A stretch of DNA of 64,000 bases from Neoechinorhynchus agilis (lineage: Eukaryota; Animalia; Acanthocephala), in the NCBI GenBank assembly GCA_051530055.1, contig CM121341.1, positions 13,246,784 through 13,310,783 on the forward strand, read 5' to 3'. Position 1 is the stretch's first letter, and every line of letters starts with the position of its first letter. Positions 27,576-40,769 of this stretch are shown here, one piece after another. The position numbers and the translations under genes were made by a program. Below the pieces are notes generated by a model. It saw only the letters and a list, made by a program, of their open reading frames with translations. It was not told the DNA's origin and did not search any database.

Positions 27576-27870
27576 GGTATCTAGAACGAAATATCAGTCG
27601 GTGCAAAAAAAGAATCAAGACGAATGCTATGCGGAAATCTCAGAATTAAAAGAGACACAGTGAAACTTCGTTCTATTAAACGGCTCTCGGATTGCAATGG
27701 GAAAATGTGGCCCTTATGGGTGTCGAACAGTCGAAAATCTGGGCGGTTTCCCAAATACTCGTAAGCAATTTGGAACAAAAAACATCGCTACATTCATCTG
27801 GTGCTTTCGTTTCTAGAAAACTTTTATTGGAGCGATCGGGATTTAAAGTAGGATGTCTGTAACCATCGAA

Positions 27871-27942
27871 TGGTCTTTAGCAATCGAACCACGGACCTTT
27901 CAGATGGATCAACGACGCTCTAGCCCCTCAGGTGCCATACGG
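27871..27942 (-). pseudogene. Possible tRNA-derived remnant or SINE head
   Basis: Minus strand TGGCACCTGAGGGGCTAGAGCGTCG...AAGGTCCGTGGTTCGATTG: box A/box B-like motifs and a T-arm-like segment, but no acceptor stem. Confidence 0.3.
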
Positions 27943-28566
27943 AAATCGCACTTTTCTGATCGCTAACGAATCACGATGGCGACGGCGAAACATCTCTTCC
28001 GACATTCCCGTTCTCAATCGCTGATTCTCTGATAAAAAATAGTTGAATGCAAATGCTGGTATTGCGACCTAACATTTTCCAAGGTCAAAAATTAAGCGAT
28101 GCTTGGTCCGACAACATCAGTTGTCCAAATAGCGAGAGGTTAAAAAAAATTTCGAACGACTGATCGAGGCATTTGTATTTCTCCTTTTTATTTGTGCCAT
28201 TTTGCCACATCACGGGCTCCTGAAACTGCCAAGGGACAATTTGTTAGTTAGCAATCGTATTCGGGTAGGTGAACTTCCACGGAGGCGGCCTCTTTCCCAT
28301 GGAGCTGTTGATGCTAAATCATCTCTTCTTAAACCGACCGGCTCTTTTCATCCCGGAATATTCTCTTTTTGGGAATTTTCGGAACAAGAAGAAGACTTCT
28401 ATATATACCCTTCCCTTCACGCGTCCCGCATTCCGCGTTTTTGAACATACCCACTATTTGAACATGCGTTGACTTCGTTCAAAAGGATGACTAATAGTGC
28501 GCCATCACTTTCTCGTACAGTATGACAATGATTTAATGGTACACATTTATGACTTGATATTATTAC

Positions 28567-31500
28567 TTAGGACAGCTTTAATTCTGGGTCGGGATCAATG
28601 TTTTCAGATGTCTTAAATGCACGTTCAACCGCCCAATCTGGAGCCAATTGAAAGAACAGCCAAATGAGACCAAAGACATAGACGTAGTTAAGAGCGCAAA
28701 TCGGTGATAGGATTAGTGATGGCGGGTACATGACTTCGAATGTATTGATCAGCATTGCGTTCATTACCATGAATAACACGAATATCACGTTTGGAAGCGT
28801 AACCAGTGGCCGAATTGTTTCGGTGATGCTTGGCGTGGTCGATACACTGAGTCGCGGATTGTTCATCTGAATTCTTCGCTTGTATACACTCATAGCCAAG
28901 GATAAGTTCAATGGCATGAACAAAATGAAGAACTAAAAGCAATTCCTTAAAAAAGCCGTAAGACGACGAAAGCTTAGAAATAATTTTTTTCATTACAACA
29001 GCCCAAGTGACCATTTTCGAAATTATAAAACTTGAATAACTATGCGGCTGGAAAATCAAATAGTACTTCACAAAAATAGTTTAAAGTTAAAGCGAATTTG
29101 ACCATTAAATAGACTTCTTATAAGACTGCAAAAATAAAAGTAATCTTACAATCTTCAGCATAAAAAGGTCGTTTTAAAACTTACATGTGGTGATCCGTAA
29201 ACGTACTGCATGTCCGTTGGAGTATATTGCCCAGCCAAAAATATTCCCCACAAGAACACAACACCGTATAAATTGTCAGACACTTCTCCAATAGCCCATG
29301 GACCTTTTTTTAATAGAATTTATTCACAATAAATTTACTAACCGAATGTGTAGTATAGAGTGCACAGGATCGATGCAATGAAACAGAATTTTACGGAGTA
29401 AAACGTGTGAAGACAATCAGTTACCGATATCCACGCGGATCTCGTGGTCGACGTTATTTTATATACCATTGAAGTTGAGAAATTGGAGTTAGGAGCGATT
29501 TGTTTGGAGCTGTAGTAGTGGAAGAAAATGATTGAACAAATGTGAAGGAATACAGCATAATGGAGGATTAGTGATCCCTGTTTAGTATAAGTGAGATAAA
29601 ATAGTGATGGAGCACGATACAAACTATATGAAGGTCGAACGACTTGAGAAAAAATTTAGAATGTATGCTTCCAAACTTGATTTTCGTGAACTCCTTCTGG
29701 TCAAATGAAAATTCATGATGCTTTAGAAGTGTCGTAAAGTTCTGACTTGAAACATTTACTTTTAGTCGATGAATTCCATTCTTATAGAGACTCGTGTTCC
29801 AACTTAAAGTGTGTTGCATGGATTTTTAAACGCTCGAATCTGCTTAAAAACCCACTGCCTACAGATTAGGGGAAGATTTGTCCTTTGAAGCATTTCCTAA
29901 TGGAATATCGTCAATCGTTACTGCAACTTCATTGATACATTGTCCATCGAAGGAAAAGACAAGAAGTCGAATCGGTTGTGTGGAGTGCCGGTTCATCACT
30001 TCATCCTCTTCTCGATCAAGCATATAACCAGGGTTTTTGGGACTGATAACAACGATTCCGACTTTATTTGTCGGATTCATCTCAAAATCTGAAAATGTGA
30101 AGACTCCTCGTTCAAACACTCCGATCCTAAAGTATCTATTCTGTTTCCAATCACCGAGCTCCAGCTCAACGAGATTGCTTGAATGTCGGTAGTACATGTG
30201 TCGGACTATTTGAGAGATTGTGTGCAAGTGACCACACAAATAGTAGCTTCCAATTTTGCTGAGCAATTCTCTAATGTTTCGTCTTCCATGACAGCGCACG
30301 TATGGAGTTGGGTAGTGGCTGAGGTATATGGTTCCGGACGTATTGAGGCGAGGGTTTTAAGTCAATGAAGGTGTTTGAGGGAGAAAAGGCAAAATGTAAT
30401 ACCCGATGAGATTTAATACCCTCACGCATATCAACGCTTTCAATCATATCTTCGAGTATAAGTCGGTCTGTCTAAATACAAGAACGTTGAATTAGGATTT
30501 TTAGTGTCTCAAGATGAACATAGGCGCCGATTGAGTTTCTTAAAAAAATATTTAGTTTGACAAATGAATTCACCAACACAAAAAGAGAACTCTTATAAAA
30601 TCGAAAGAGCATAAGGGAAAAATTTAGACTTAATTATAATTTATTGTCTAACTAAATGACTCGTGTCAGCGAGTTCACTAAAACCATATAATATTAGTTT
30701 TGAACCAATGGTGGTCATTTTAGCAGTCGAATTAGGATTCGATGATGACAATAGCAATTCGTCCCAGACTTTAATTTAAGCTTGCTAAATTTCTTGGAAA
30801 TATTAATCTTTTTATTGTTTCTTTTTAAAGGACAATTTTAGATTAAATCGTCCCCCGGACGCTGACCGCATTTCCTCGTTGGATTGCGAGGATAGGATTA
30901 TTTAGAAAAGATTTTCAAATCATATACGGCAGCATGTAACCGAAAGTTCCAATACTTCGATTTTCAAATCAAATAGCATTTTAGTCTTCGACTGATAAAT
31001 CTAACAAACGAAATACGACCGTGCGTTTTCTATCATTATTACCCCAAAACATCGAAGTATACCCTTCCCCCCATTCAAACCTTAGCGAGACGTCCAACAA
31101 AATTAAAAGGCCGACCAGGTCCAGGTTCGGGTGCTGCATCAATTCCGATAAAGTTGTAAGAGGTAACAAGTCCTGTTTCGATATTATTCACTCTGTGAGT
31201 ATGCATAAACGGATGCCTGCTCTGTTGAGCCGCTGCCCTAATCGAAAACTGGCTAATGTATTTAAGCCATGAGCCAAAAACACGTTGGAATTTTCGGCAA
31301 ACCTGTAGAAATTTGAAGGACTGTTCCAGTTTGTTACTTTAAATGAGTCTAAAAAACAAATAAATCTAAAAAGGGTCAAACAGTGCATAGAAAAGTACCG
31401 TGATTTCCACGAACGTCCAGATATACTGCTCTATCTAGAATTCCACTGCCGTTCAGAATTTGCGAATAATCCTCCCATTCGTGGATATGTTGTCGTGAGC

Positions 31501-31864
31501 CCCCAGTACGCAATATACCGTCGGTAATGTCTCCTAAAAAGATGTATTATCTTCGTCACTCAATTCTCATACCGGTATGGATGACAATGTCGGGATTGAT
31601 CATTCGAAGAGTCGTGTTAAAAAAGTGGGTTAGGTCATTAATAAGATTTGGAGATTTCGATTTCTTAAAGTGATTGATGTGCGTATCTGTAAGCTGGAAC
31701 ACAAGAGAGTTAAGAATCGAAGAAAAGAAGCAAACCTGGACTAGCACAAGGATATCGCTTTTTCGTTTAACTTCTGTGGTTGTGTTATAGTCTCTCCAAT
31801 TGAACTCTTTGGACGATACAACCGTGATCAATATTAACACGAGAAGACCGAACGACTCGTGCAT
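28567..31864 (-). CDS. TMEM62: TMEM62-like calcineurin-like metallophosphoesterase with C-terminal TM segments, multi-exon
   Basis: Exons give QLTDTH, HTGDITDG, LDVRGNHD, GIDAAPEPGPGRPFNFVG, YLCGHLH, LELELGDWKQNRYFRI, then hydrophobic 3' exons ending at 28567. Some junctions unresolved. Confidence 0.87.
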
Positions 31865-33637
31865 TCTATCTTGAACAAACTAATTTGAGATTATAGAGCT
31901 TTAGGATAATATCGTTTAGATTAGAACACAACTACAATGATTTCGCCAAAAATAGACGATCGCAAATCGTGTCATCTTGACAACACGGCAGGACTTAAGA
32001 CGTATTAAAATGTTAATGTCTAGAAATTTCATAATGTTCATATAAAAATGAGGGTAACTTGAGTATCAAAATTGTTATCCTTTTCCGACAAGGTCAATAA
32101 CATCTAATCGTAAAAAAATGACTTTTACATTTCCCATTGATTGAAAAACAACATTAGTGACCTTAAAAATCTATTACAGTAGACCAACTATTAAAAACCC
32201 GATATAAAATAAACAAAATAAGTACTCGCATTTTTTCATCAGAAATGAAGATGTTATCCACAGATTGTTTTTGGTCAAGCGAAATAGAGAGAAATGATTT
32301 TAATTTAATATTTTTGGACCTCGACATTTTACTCTAAATCGTTACATTCGTTCCCTTGTATTGCCATCAACAAAACAAATATTAAATTGTGATTATCAGG
32401 GAAAAACTCATTCATGTTTATGTAAATAAAAAGTATTTATACAACAAAACGATTTCCAACGTAACATTTGTCGCCTATACTAAGAAGAAGCTGGTTTCAA
32501 GTATTCTCAAGGACGACTAAGGAATCACATTAACGTCGTTAAAATGCCATTTAGGAGTGTTTTAAAAACTAGGTGTTAGCTATCATTTCAATCAACACGA
32601 TTTTAAGGTAATATAGATTTTTAAAAGTTGTGGTGAAGTGGAAAAGGGCTTAGAGCGAGTTTTATCAGGTTTCAGATCATTGTTCAGAAGTTCAGAACTT
32701 TAAGAATCATGATGATCCTTCAAGATCTACGTCGCGGTGAAAATGAGCCACTTGAGAACGAATAAAGGCAAAAAGTGCAGCAATTTACGAACGTGGAGGC
32801 GGATGAAATCAAACAAAAAAGTGGAACCATGACTCTGCAATGTGAATAAAGTGCAACATAGTGAACTCTGCTCATAGTTGCTCATTGTGTTTGAAAGCGA
32901 CGGCATGGTAGATCGAGCAATATAAAAAAAGAGGTCTTTCAGGTCGAAAAACATTTATTACCAGTTTAAATTATCGTTTTCGAAAGTCCAAATTGTTCAA
33001 AAAACTTATTTTAAGAGAAAATCCGAGTTTCTTAGAAGATGTAACTTTACGGTAGAGGCGAACATTCGACGCTGAAATTTTCAGTAAAAGTGATGGATTT
33101 CGGCAATAAGTTTAAAAACGTCCATTTTTGGAAAAAAAATTGAGAAAATTGTTGTATCTTCAAGCATCTCAGAATAACACGGAATTCGTTTTTTGTGTTT
33201 GATGACAAAACCCGACTCCAACGGTATTTTAAAGTCGACATCTTCCCGAATAGACAAAAAACATCACAACTGACAATGAATATGTGAGCGATGACGTTTA
33301 AAAAGTTTCTTTATAATTTTAAATAAGCGGTAAAGTCACGAAAGACATAATATTCATCTAGAAATACTGAACGCGCTACTTAAAGTTAACGGTGACTTTC
33401 TTGCTTGTGTTGATCGTTGATGGATCGTAACTTTACTGAAGCGTTTTGTACTGAAGAAAGCGTAGATTATAGTTTTAGATTCTTCGTACGTGTTTTGTTG
33501 ATGAATTTTAGGATTTGAGGGTTTTAAGTTGTTTTTTGTGTGTTGTAGAACAATTTAGTGTCATCGTGCGATGGCTGAGGAAATTGAATTTGATTGTATA
33601 AGAACGGTTTTCCTGATAAAACGTCTCATTTTTTAAG

Positions 33638-34947
33638 ATGTCACCATCGGTCGACACAACATTGTACGACATTTTGAAAGTATCCCCAAATGCATCGATA
33701 TCAGAAATCAAAAAATCATACTACCGTTTAGCCAAAGAGTATCATCCAGACAAGAATCCGAACCACGGTGACAAATTCAAAGAAATAAGTTTTGCGTACG
33801 ACGTACTCTCGAATGAGGAAAAGAAGCGAATCTACGATGCTCGTGGACTTGAGGGTCTAAAAGAGGGCGCGGCTAGTGGTTCATTCGCAGGATTCGAGGA
33901 CGTTTTTGGTCGATTTTTCGGAGGTGGCGGTTTGGGTGGATTTAGTTTCTTCGGCGGAAGTCCATTTGACCTGTTTGGTCGTCAACAAGCGCGCCGTAAA
34001 ACTCGTACGGTCAGCCACGTCCTTAGTGTCTCGCTCGATGATTTCTATAACGGTGCCACTCGCCGGGTGGACATCAAGCGAAAAGTGATTTGTAGATCAT
34101 GTGAAGGTCGTGGAGCAGTGCCGGGAGCATCCCCTCAAAAGTGTTCAATGTGTGGAGGATCTGGCGTTCACATTAAAACCACTCAAGTCGGACCTGGAAT
34201 GATCCAGCAGTCTCAGTCGGAATGTCCGGAGTGTAATGGAAACGGAGAGCGGATCAGAGAAGCTGATAAGTGTAAAAAATGCAAGGGAAAGAGAGTTGTG
34301 GACAGTAAGAAGGCCCTTGAAGTTCGGATCACGCCTGGAATGAGAGATGAAGAGAAGATCGTTTTCCGAGGTGAAAGTGATGAAAGTCCGGGTGTTGAGA
34401 CCGGAGATGTAGTATTCATAGTCAAACAAACAAAACACGATCGATTCGAACGACGTGGAAACGATCTAATTATGGAACATAAGATCACTGTTGGTGAGTC
34501 ATTGTGTGGATTCACAATGCTTGTTGAACATTTCCAAAAACGAACACTCGCGATTACCCACCCTCCCGGTGATCCTATAAAACCTGGTTAGTTTTTTTTA
34601 TCAAAAAGACCCATTCACTCTCATTTCATTTGACAGGCTCATACCGTGCTGTATTGGGAGAAGGAATGCCGAATTTAAAGCAACATGTGAACGGTCATCT
34701 AATAATCGTATTCGACGTTATTTTCCCGAAATCAAATGAACTTACCATCAAGCAAATTGAAGCGATCGAGAAACTGTTGCCACCAAAACCAAAGGTCGAT
34801 ATTCCGGTAGGCGATGACGTTGAAGAAGTTCATCTTATGGAATTGGATGTCACTCGAGGGAATGCGGGGAGACGAGAGGCGTATGACGCAGAATCTGATG
34901 AAGAAGATGGACATTCACAGGGTGTTCATACGTGCCAAGCGTCGTGA
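33638..34947 (+). CDS. DNAJA: Type I DnaJ (DNAJA) co-chaperone, 2 exons (33638-34586, 34637-34947)
   Basis: J domain with HPD, G/F region, four CxxCxGxG motifs, CTD, C-terminal CaaX CQAS; 50-nt GT-AG intron. Confidence 0.97.
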
Positions 34948-35351
34948 TCATCCGAAATTCAATTGTCCACTCGCGCAAAACGTCTTTAATCATAAAATCG
35001 ATTTTCTCATTTTTGTTCACTAAATACTGCTATGGTATCCTCTAACTTTAGACCTTTGCCGAACTAAAAATTTCGATTTTTACCAAGAACTGGGATCAAT
35101 ATTGAGTCATCGAAATATAATCGGTGCTCATTTTTCGATTATTTTGCTTGCACTACAACAGCCCTTTTCCAAATGTCTTTTTTCGAAAACAAAACTTGAT
35201 CATGCAACTGGAAAATCAAATAGTATTTCACAAGATTATTGCCAAAGAGATAAAAGACGCTCTCTAAAATGATATCGAATATTCACCTCGCAGAAAAGTA
35301 TCCAGCGCAATCGATTTTTGTGGATACAACATTGATAGCTGTAATTTGGCT

Positions 35352-35600
35352 GAGCTTCTTCTCACATACGCATTTTTCTCTCTCGAGAGGTTGCGGTTCC
35401 CTCGACAACCAATTTATCCGTTTTGATGCAATCCACCCATCGTTTCTTCGGCCCTCCTCGTCGGCGATTTCCCGTTGGTTGATTCGGCTGTTGGTTGTCA
35501 TTTGAATCAAAATTTGGCAAGAATTTCACATCCGGGTGCCCTTCCTGACGTCAACTCTCCTCCTTTTTTAGCCGGGCTTGAGACCCTCCTTGGCGGAGTT
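35352..35600 (-). mobile_element. Short non-autonomous bipartite RTE-derived element with 12-bp TSD
   Basis: TGTAATTTGGCT at 35340-35351 and 35601-35612. Minus strand begins with an RTE 5'-UTR-like motif (GGTCTCAAGCCCGG..AAAGGAGGAGAGTTGACGTCAGGAAGGGCACCCGG), jumps to ORF-end-like GNRRRGGPKKRWVDCIKTD, ends in GAAGAAG. Confidence 0.72.
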
Positions 35601-36796
35601 TGTAATTTGGCTCAGCAATCGAAAAATTCTAATGTTCGGCAATGTATGCAAAATTATTAAATATTGCACATATTTTAACTTGACAAGCTTATTATTTCAG
35701 CACGTTAAAACATTATAAACGTTTTGATAGGAATGGTGGAGCATTTTTATCCTTCATTGCTCCGATGATACACCTAGCATTTCCGTTTCTGAATTGCGAC
35801 CAACCATTTTCCAAGGTTAAAAATTATACGGTACATGGTCCGACGGCACCAATTTTCTTAACTTCGAAAAGTAGCAAAATGCAGAACGATGGATCTTTTT
35901 CATCGGCTCGGGCAGGTGAAGTCCTACTGACCGACTAGAGAAGAAACTTTTTATGAATAATTAATGTATATTTGTAAAAAATTTCTTCGATTCGCAGATT
36001 AGTATCAATCAACGTGATGAGTAAAATACCGTACAAAATTATATTTTTGCATTGATTGTGATAAAGCGACTAATTATACGTTTTTAATAGTTGAGTTTGT
36101 GCTAGAAAGCGATTAGAAAAGAGAGAAGTATGCTTCGAGCTAGCGATTTAGCTGATTTCAACATGCATTCAATTTGATAAGCGTCGTTTTTTAATGAAAT
36201 AGTCTAAAATTTATGCAATTCTAATTGCTATCCTTTTTTTAAACTTCCATGCATTTAGAAATGTTAAAAGTACGATATTCTTTGCGTTTTCTTTTTTTAG
36301 AAGTTGCTAAATGTACGAACTCCCAAATGTTTCCCTTCGAACAAAGTCGTACAAAATTTTAATTTAGGTTGCACTTTTTTTGGTTGCTAAGCGATCACTA
36401 ACCTTTTTTGCGACTCTCTTCAGAATAAATATGAAAATGTTGAGTACGCGGGCATTTAAAGGCCGCATCTTAACGGTCTCACTGTTTGCAGTGCTGGTAT
36501 TATGCAATTATTTTGCCTTCGTCTCCAATACCCGAATTCTTCACAACACAGCGATTTGCCGCTACAGTCATAAAGGCTTCTTCGGGTTTAAATCAGCCCA
36601 AACGGGAATAAATTTAGTGAAGGATGTGAAACGGCAGAATTTTGTGTTTAGAAGAACTGCTCGTTTTCTGCAACGATGCCGAAGATCATGCTTGTCAATT
36701 TCGATCTTCATCAGAACCACAACGGCGATCGCGAACACCATCATTTTTTCGTACATTGCTTACCGATGCTACGAACTTTCGTTTTAAAAATAAAAA

Positions 36797-39700
36797 TCAC
36801 TTATTTCTGTTTGGATTGATTGTACGCTCAAACACACACGAAATCCAGTTTCTATTGGAGAAATCCATTTCTGACAGTGGGAGGATGTCTGATCCAAGAA
36901 ATTTAGTGAATGGTGCGAAATGGTGATGCCAATGATCCTTGAGTTGATGAAGAGAACACGAGTAATACGAATCGCTAAGCGATGTTTTTCCCTCATTGAG
37001 CACTGATCGTTCATCGCAATGACAGTTGCATTCGAGTGCAGTGTGTGTGGAACATGAGGTTTCGTGATCAAGAGACAGTAATTCAGCTGCCAGTGGTTTG
37101 CTGTTGAATTTCGTCAAAATTTTTTGAACACTCGTGAAGAGATTTTCGCCATCGATAAGCTTATTTGCTTGCCGCTGTAACATCTTCTCTTCTATTGATC
37201 CGGTAAGTACCAATCGGTAGACAAATGTGTGGTTACATAAGTACGATTCTGACCTTGAAGCAAAGAAATAAAGACGACGAGCGCTTAAAAAAGAACTTAA
37301 GAACATTCTGATCACTTAGATGCACTTTAAAGGAAAAACACAAATCTTAAACGCGATTTCCATTGGACACCGCCTTTCAGCACTAGTCGCCGCCATTTGA
37401 AATCGTTAAAGCGAATTAATTTCAGCATACTCTCTGAAACTAATATATAGATTTTTAGGCAAAGGAATCGAAACGTTCAAATCAATGTTTAAATTTTTCT
37501 TGGCAGAAACTACAAAATTTTACATTAGCTTATTGATATTTTTATGTTATAGATTTTACTCCCACATGACTCCGTGGCTCAATTGGTAGAGCGTCTGACT
37601 CCAGATCAGAAGGTTGCGAGTTCAAGTCTCGTCGGGGTCAAAATGGGGCAAAAATAATTCCAAAATTCGGCCGTTTGAAGGGAAAGAATAGCGCTAATTA
37701 GTTTGTCCTTGCCTCCAGACTCTGCCGATCGCCTGTTCTTCATCTGCAGGATTCCACCCAGAATCAAATAGAATAATAATGTTGGCCGACGGAAGGTTAA
37801 TTCCAACGCCGCCCACTTTTGCACTAATCAACATCAACTGTTGATTCGACGTTTGATTAAAAGTATTGACAAGTTTCTGTCTATCAGAAACGGCTACGGT
37901 TCCGTCTATTCTATGAACAGTGACGTCTTTACCAAATGAGATCGACTGGATCGCGTCAAGACATTTTGTAAAATGACTCGCAACGACAATTCGACACTCC
38001 GGATCTCGTCTTAAACACTCTTTTACCATCCACTCCAAGACAGTCAATTTTCCACTTCGTACCAGATTGTCGCCCGTTCCACACAACAATCGCAAGTTCG
38101 ATATGCATTCAAGAACGTTAGAACAATCCCAACTGTCCAAGAAACCTTCAACCGTCTGGTCATATCTCACAGCTTGTGCTAAACTTGGCCGGCACATCAC
38201 TATCAATTGGGTACATGGAGGAAGTTTCCCTGAGGTTATTGGGAGATTTTTCTAGGCGCAAAAGAATGTTTGATCAATCAGAGAATGTCTTGGATTCTTG
38301 TCTTGGGGTTGAAAGATTCTTTCTTTTGGTAGTTTTGAAACCCCAGATTTAAATTCAATGATGATTTATTTCCGATATTTCACCTTTGATTGTTCCGACA
38401 TTATAATGATTTGTAATTGTTTCGACGTTAAAGCAACGAAGTAACTTGTGAAACAATGACAAACCTTGATAATGTCGGAATTAACGGAGGTAAATTATAT
38501 GGGAAACAAAGCATCAGTGAATTTAAATCCGGGGTTGAAAAACAACCAAAATAAAGTAATCAGAGAATGTTTCATTTCTTTAAGACCTAATCTCAGTGCG
38601 TAAAAATTGTTTTCTTATTCCAAAGATCTTCTCTAAAAGCACTTACCGGTTTTCAAGTTACAAATACGATTTTTTAGTCAACAAATAATGTTTTTCTCTA
38701 AGTATTGTGAACATCTCTTCAAAGGCTGATAATTTTCCATGAATTCTGCGAAGAAAAACCAGTTTTAAATAAAGGAAATAAAAATGGATATTTTGGCATT
38801 AGAGTTGGCCTATCGGCTGCGTTTCTTATAGGTTTAAATTTATCCAGATTTAAAATTACTTTTTTTCTTATTAGAAGAGACGAAAAGGGAACCTCTGAAT
38901 GTTTCGCGACTAGAACTGATACAAAATGAGAAGAAATTAATCGATTGTCCAGAAGAACCTATCTTGGATAAATTGATTTGATACCGTTTTCTTCTAAGCA
39001 AAAATGAATCGATAATAGTGCTGTCGTAAAAGCCATCCTGATCGTCGTTCATTTCCCGACGATTAAAGTCGTTTAGAAACTCATTTATCCGTCCAAGGCA
39101 TCCAGGCGAGCACAGATTTGCCATTGCATGAAATTCGGAGGGTTGATTTTGAAAAGGCGTTCCAGTAAGGAACACTCGTCTGGCGATATCTAATTCCTTG
39201 ATGGCAGCATAGGACTTTAGATTTTGTTTCTTTAATCTGTGAGCTTCATCGCACACCAACAGATCAAATTTAAGATTCTTGAAACTTTGAGCGGACGCGG
39301 TGAGTCGTTCGTAAGAAGTAATGATTATTGGATAACCGCGCAAACCACTAAATGCGGCGAGATCCTTTGGTTCCTTTATAATATAAATAAGACTTGGTCG
39401 ATTACCGAGCCATTTTCCCGATTCTACAAGCCAATTCTTCATCAAAGTACAAGGAACAACGATGAGCACTCGGGCACATATTGGATTCGGCTGACGGTTC
39501 AAAACATTGATCAATGATAAAGTCTGTGCGGTTTTGCCAAGACCGACGTCATCAGCCAAGATAACACCGGTAATTGATGAATCGTAAAGGCCAGTTACAC
39601 GAGTGTACATGAATACGACACCATGGAGTTGGTATGGATGTAAACGTCCAGATATTGACTTGTCTATTGATTCAAAATCAAACCTTCCAGATGGTTTGAT

Positions 39701-40235
39701 TTCAAAGTCTATAAAAAGGCTTTACCGAATTCCGGGTGGTCCGGCATGTAATATGGATTCTGATTGCTTTTGGACATTGAGATGAACTGAGGTTGCCTAA
39801 TATTTTTAGGTCTCTCGGAAACGTTGATCTTTCCATCTTTTTTAGTGCAGGATAACGTTCGGGCATCCAAGTGCTCACCAATCATTGCTGAATATCGTCC
39901 AATCTTCACTATTTCCCCTTCGTTCAAAACACGACTGTGATTAGTACAGCCAATCATCGTCTTGAGATCTGCGTTATCAAACAATCCAATTTTTCCAGAT
40001 TTTAATACTCTTACAAATCCATCGTTCGTCCATTTGATCTTATTAGGTCGTGTTAGTCCGTATTGAGCGCCCAAAATATCACTTTCGGCAAATCCAGTTC
40101 CGTCTTGATCCTCACTAAAATCAAGCGCGTCTTTCCAGTTCCCGATAACTACTGCAACCCTTACCAACGGGATTTCAACGTCCAATCAGCAGCTGGCGTT
40201 CGATTCATTCGACTCGGCGCATTAGATTTCCTCAT
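36797..40235 (-). CDS. RAD54B: RAD54B/RAD54-like SNF2 translocase, multi-exon
   Basis: Start MRKSNAPS (ATG 40235, 50-nt first intron); KIKWTNDG N-terminal domain; ADDVGLGKT, DEAH, TGTPFQN, SGKLTVL, GGVGINL, FDSGWNPA, RVWRQGQ, FVYRLVLTGSIEEK. Several junctions unresolved. Confidence 0.87.
37568..37640 (+). tRNA. trnW-CCA: tRNA-Trp (CCA)
   Basis: GACTCCG/CGGGGTC acceptor stem + A73; D arm GCTC..GAGC; anticodon arm TCTGA-CTCCAGA-TCAGA; T loop TTCAAGT. Confidence 0.97.
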
Positions 40236-40769
40236 TACAGAAATCTAAAACTAAGGAAACACGAGGATGGTGAGAACTCGACATTTAAATTCCTCATATC
40301 AAATTCAAGGGACGGTCAACATGGAAGAAATCTATCTTTTTGAAAAAAATCTGAGATGCTTGTAAATTTCTTGGCCATTTTTTTCTGTCTGTTCATTGGC
40401 GGATTTCTGTCCAGTGACATTTTCAATCTCATCATCGTGGTTGCCGGACTGTGCTGAGTGAAAACCTTCGCGAAAACAAATGTCCTTTTAGAGTGTTTCG
40501 AGGATCTAATGAATCAAATTGAATTGCTCCGCTTCCGTATCGACCGAAAACAAATTTTATTCGTCGATGTATTTAAGCGATCACTTGTTTTCCAAAAGAG
40601 TCTTGTTGATTATTATTATTATTATATTTTTGAACTTCTTAGGGTTGTTGTCAAAACATCTCGGGTATAAAAGGAGGCGATTCGTCGTTCGAAAGTCAAA
40701 CTTCTCCCTCCATCGAAAGACAAAATGATCGCTCTTCTCAGTTTGATTGCTTTCATTTCAGTTGGATTA

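Noticed and set aside
32727-33241. Two short minus-strand ORFs upstream of TMEM62
   Set aside because: No consistent spliced model or homology found.
36380-36926. Overlapping short ORFs 3' of RAD54B
   Set aside because: No motif or consistent frame.
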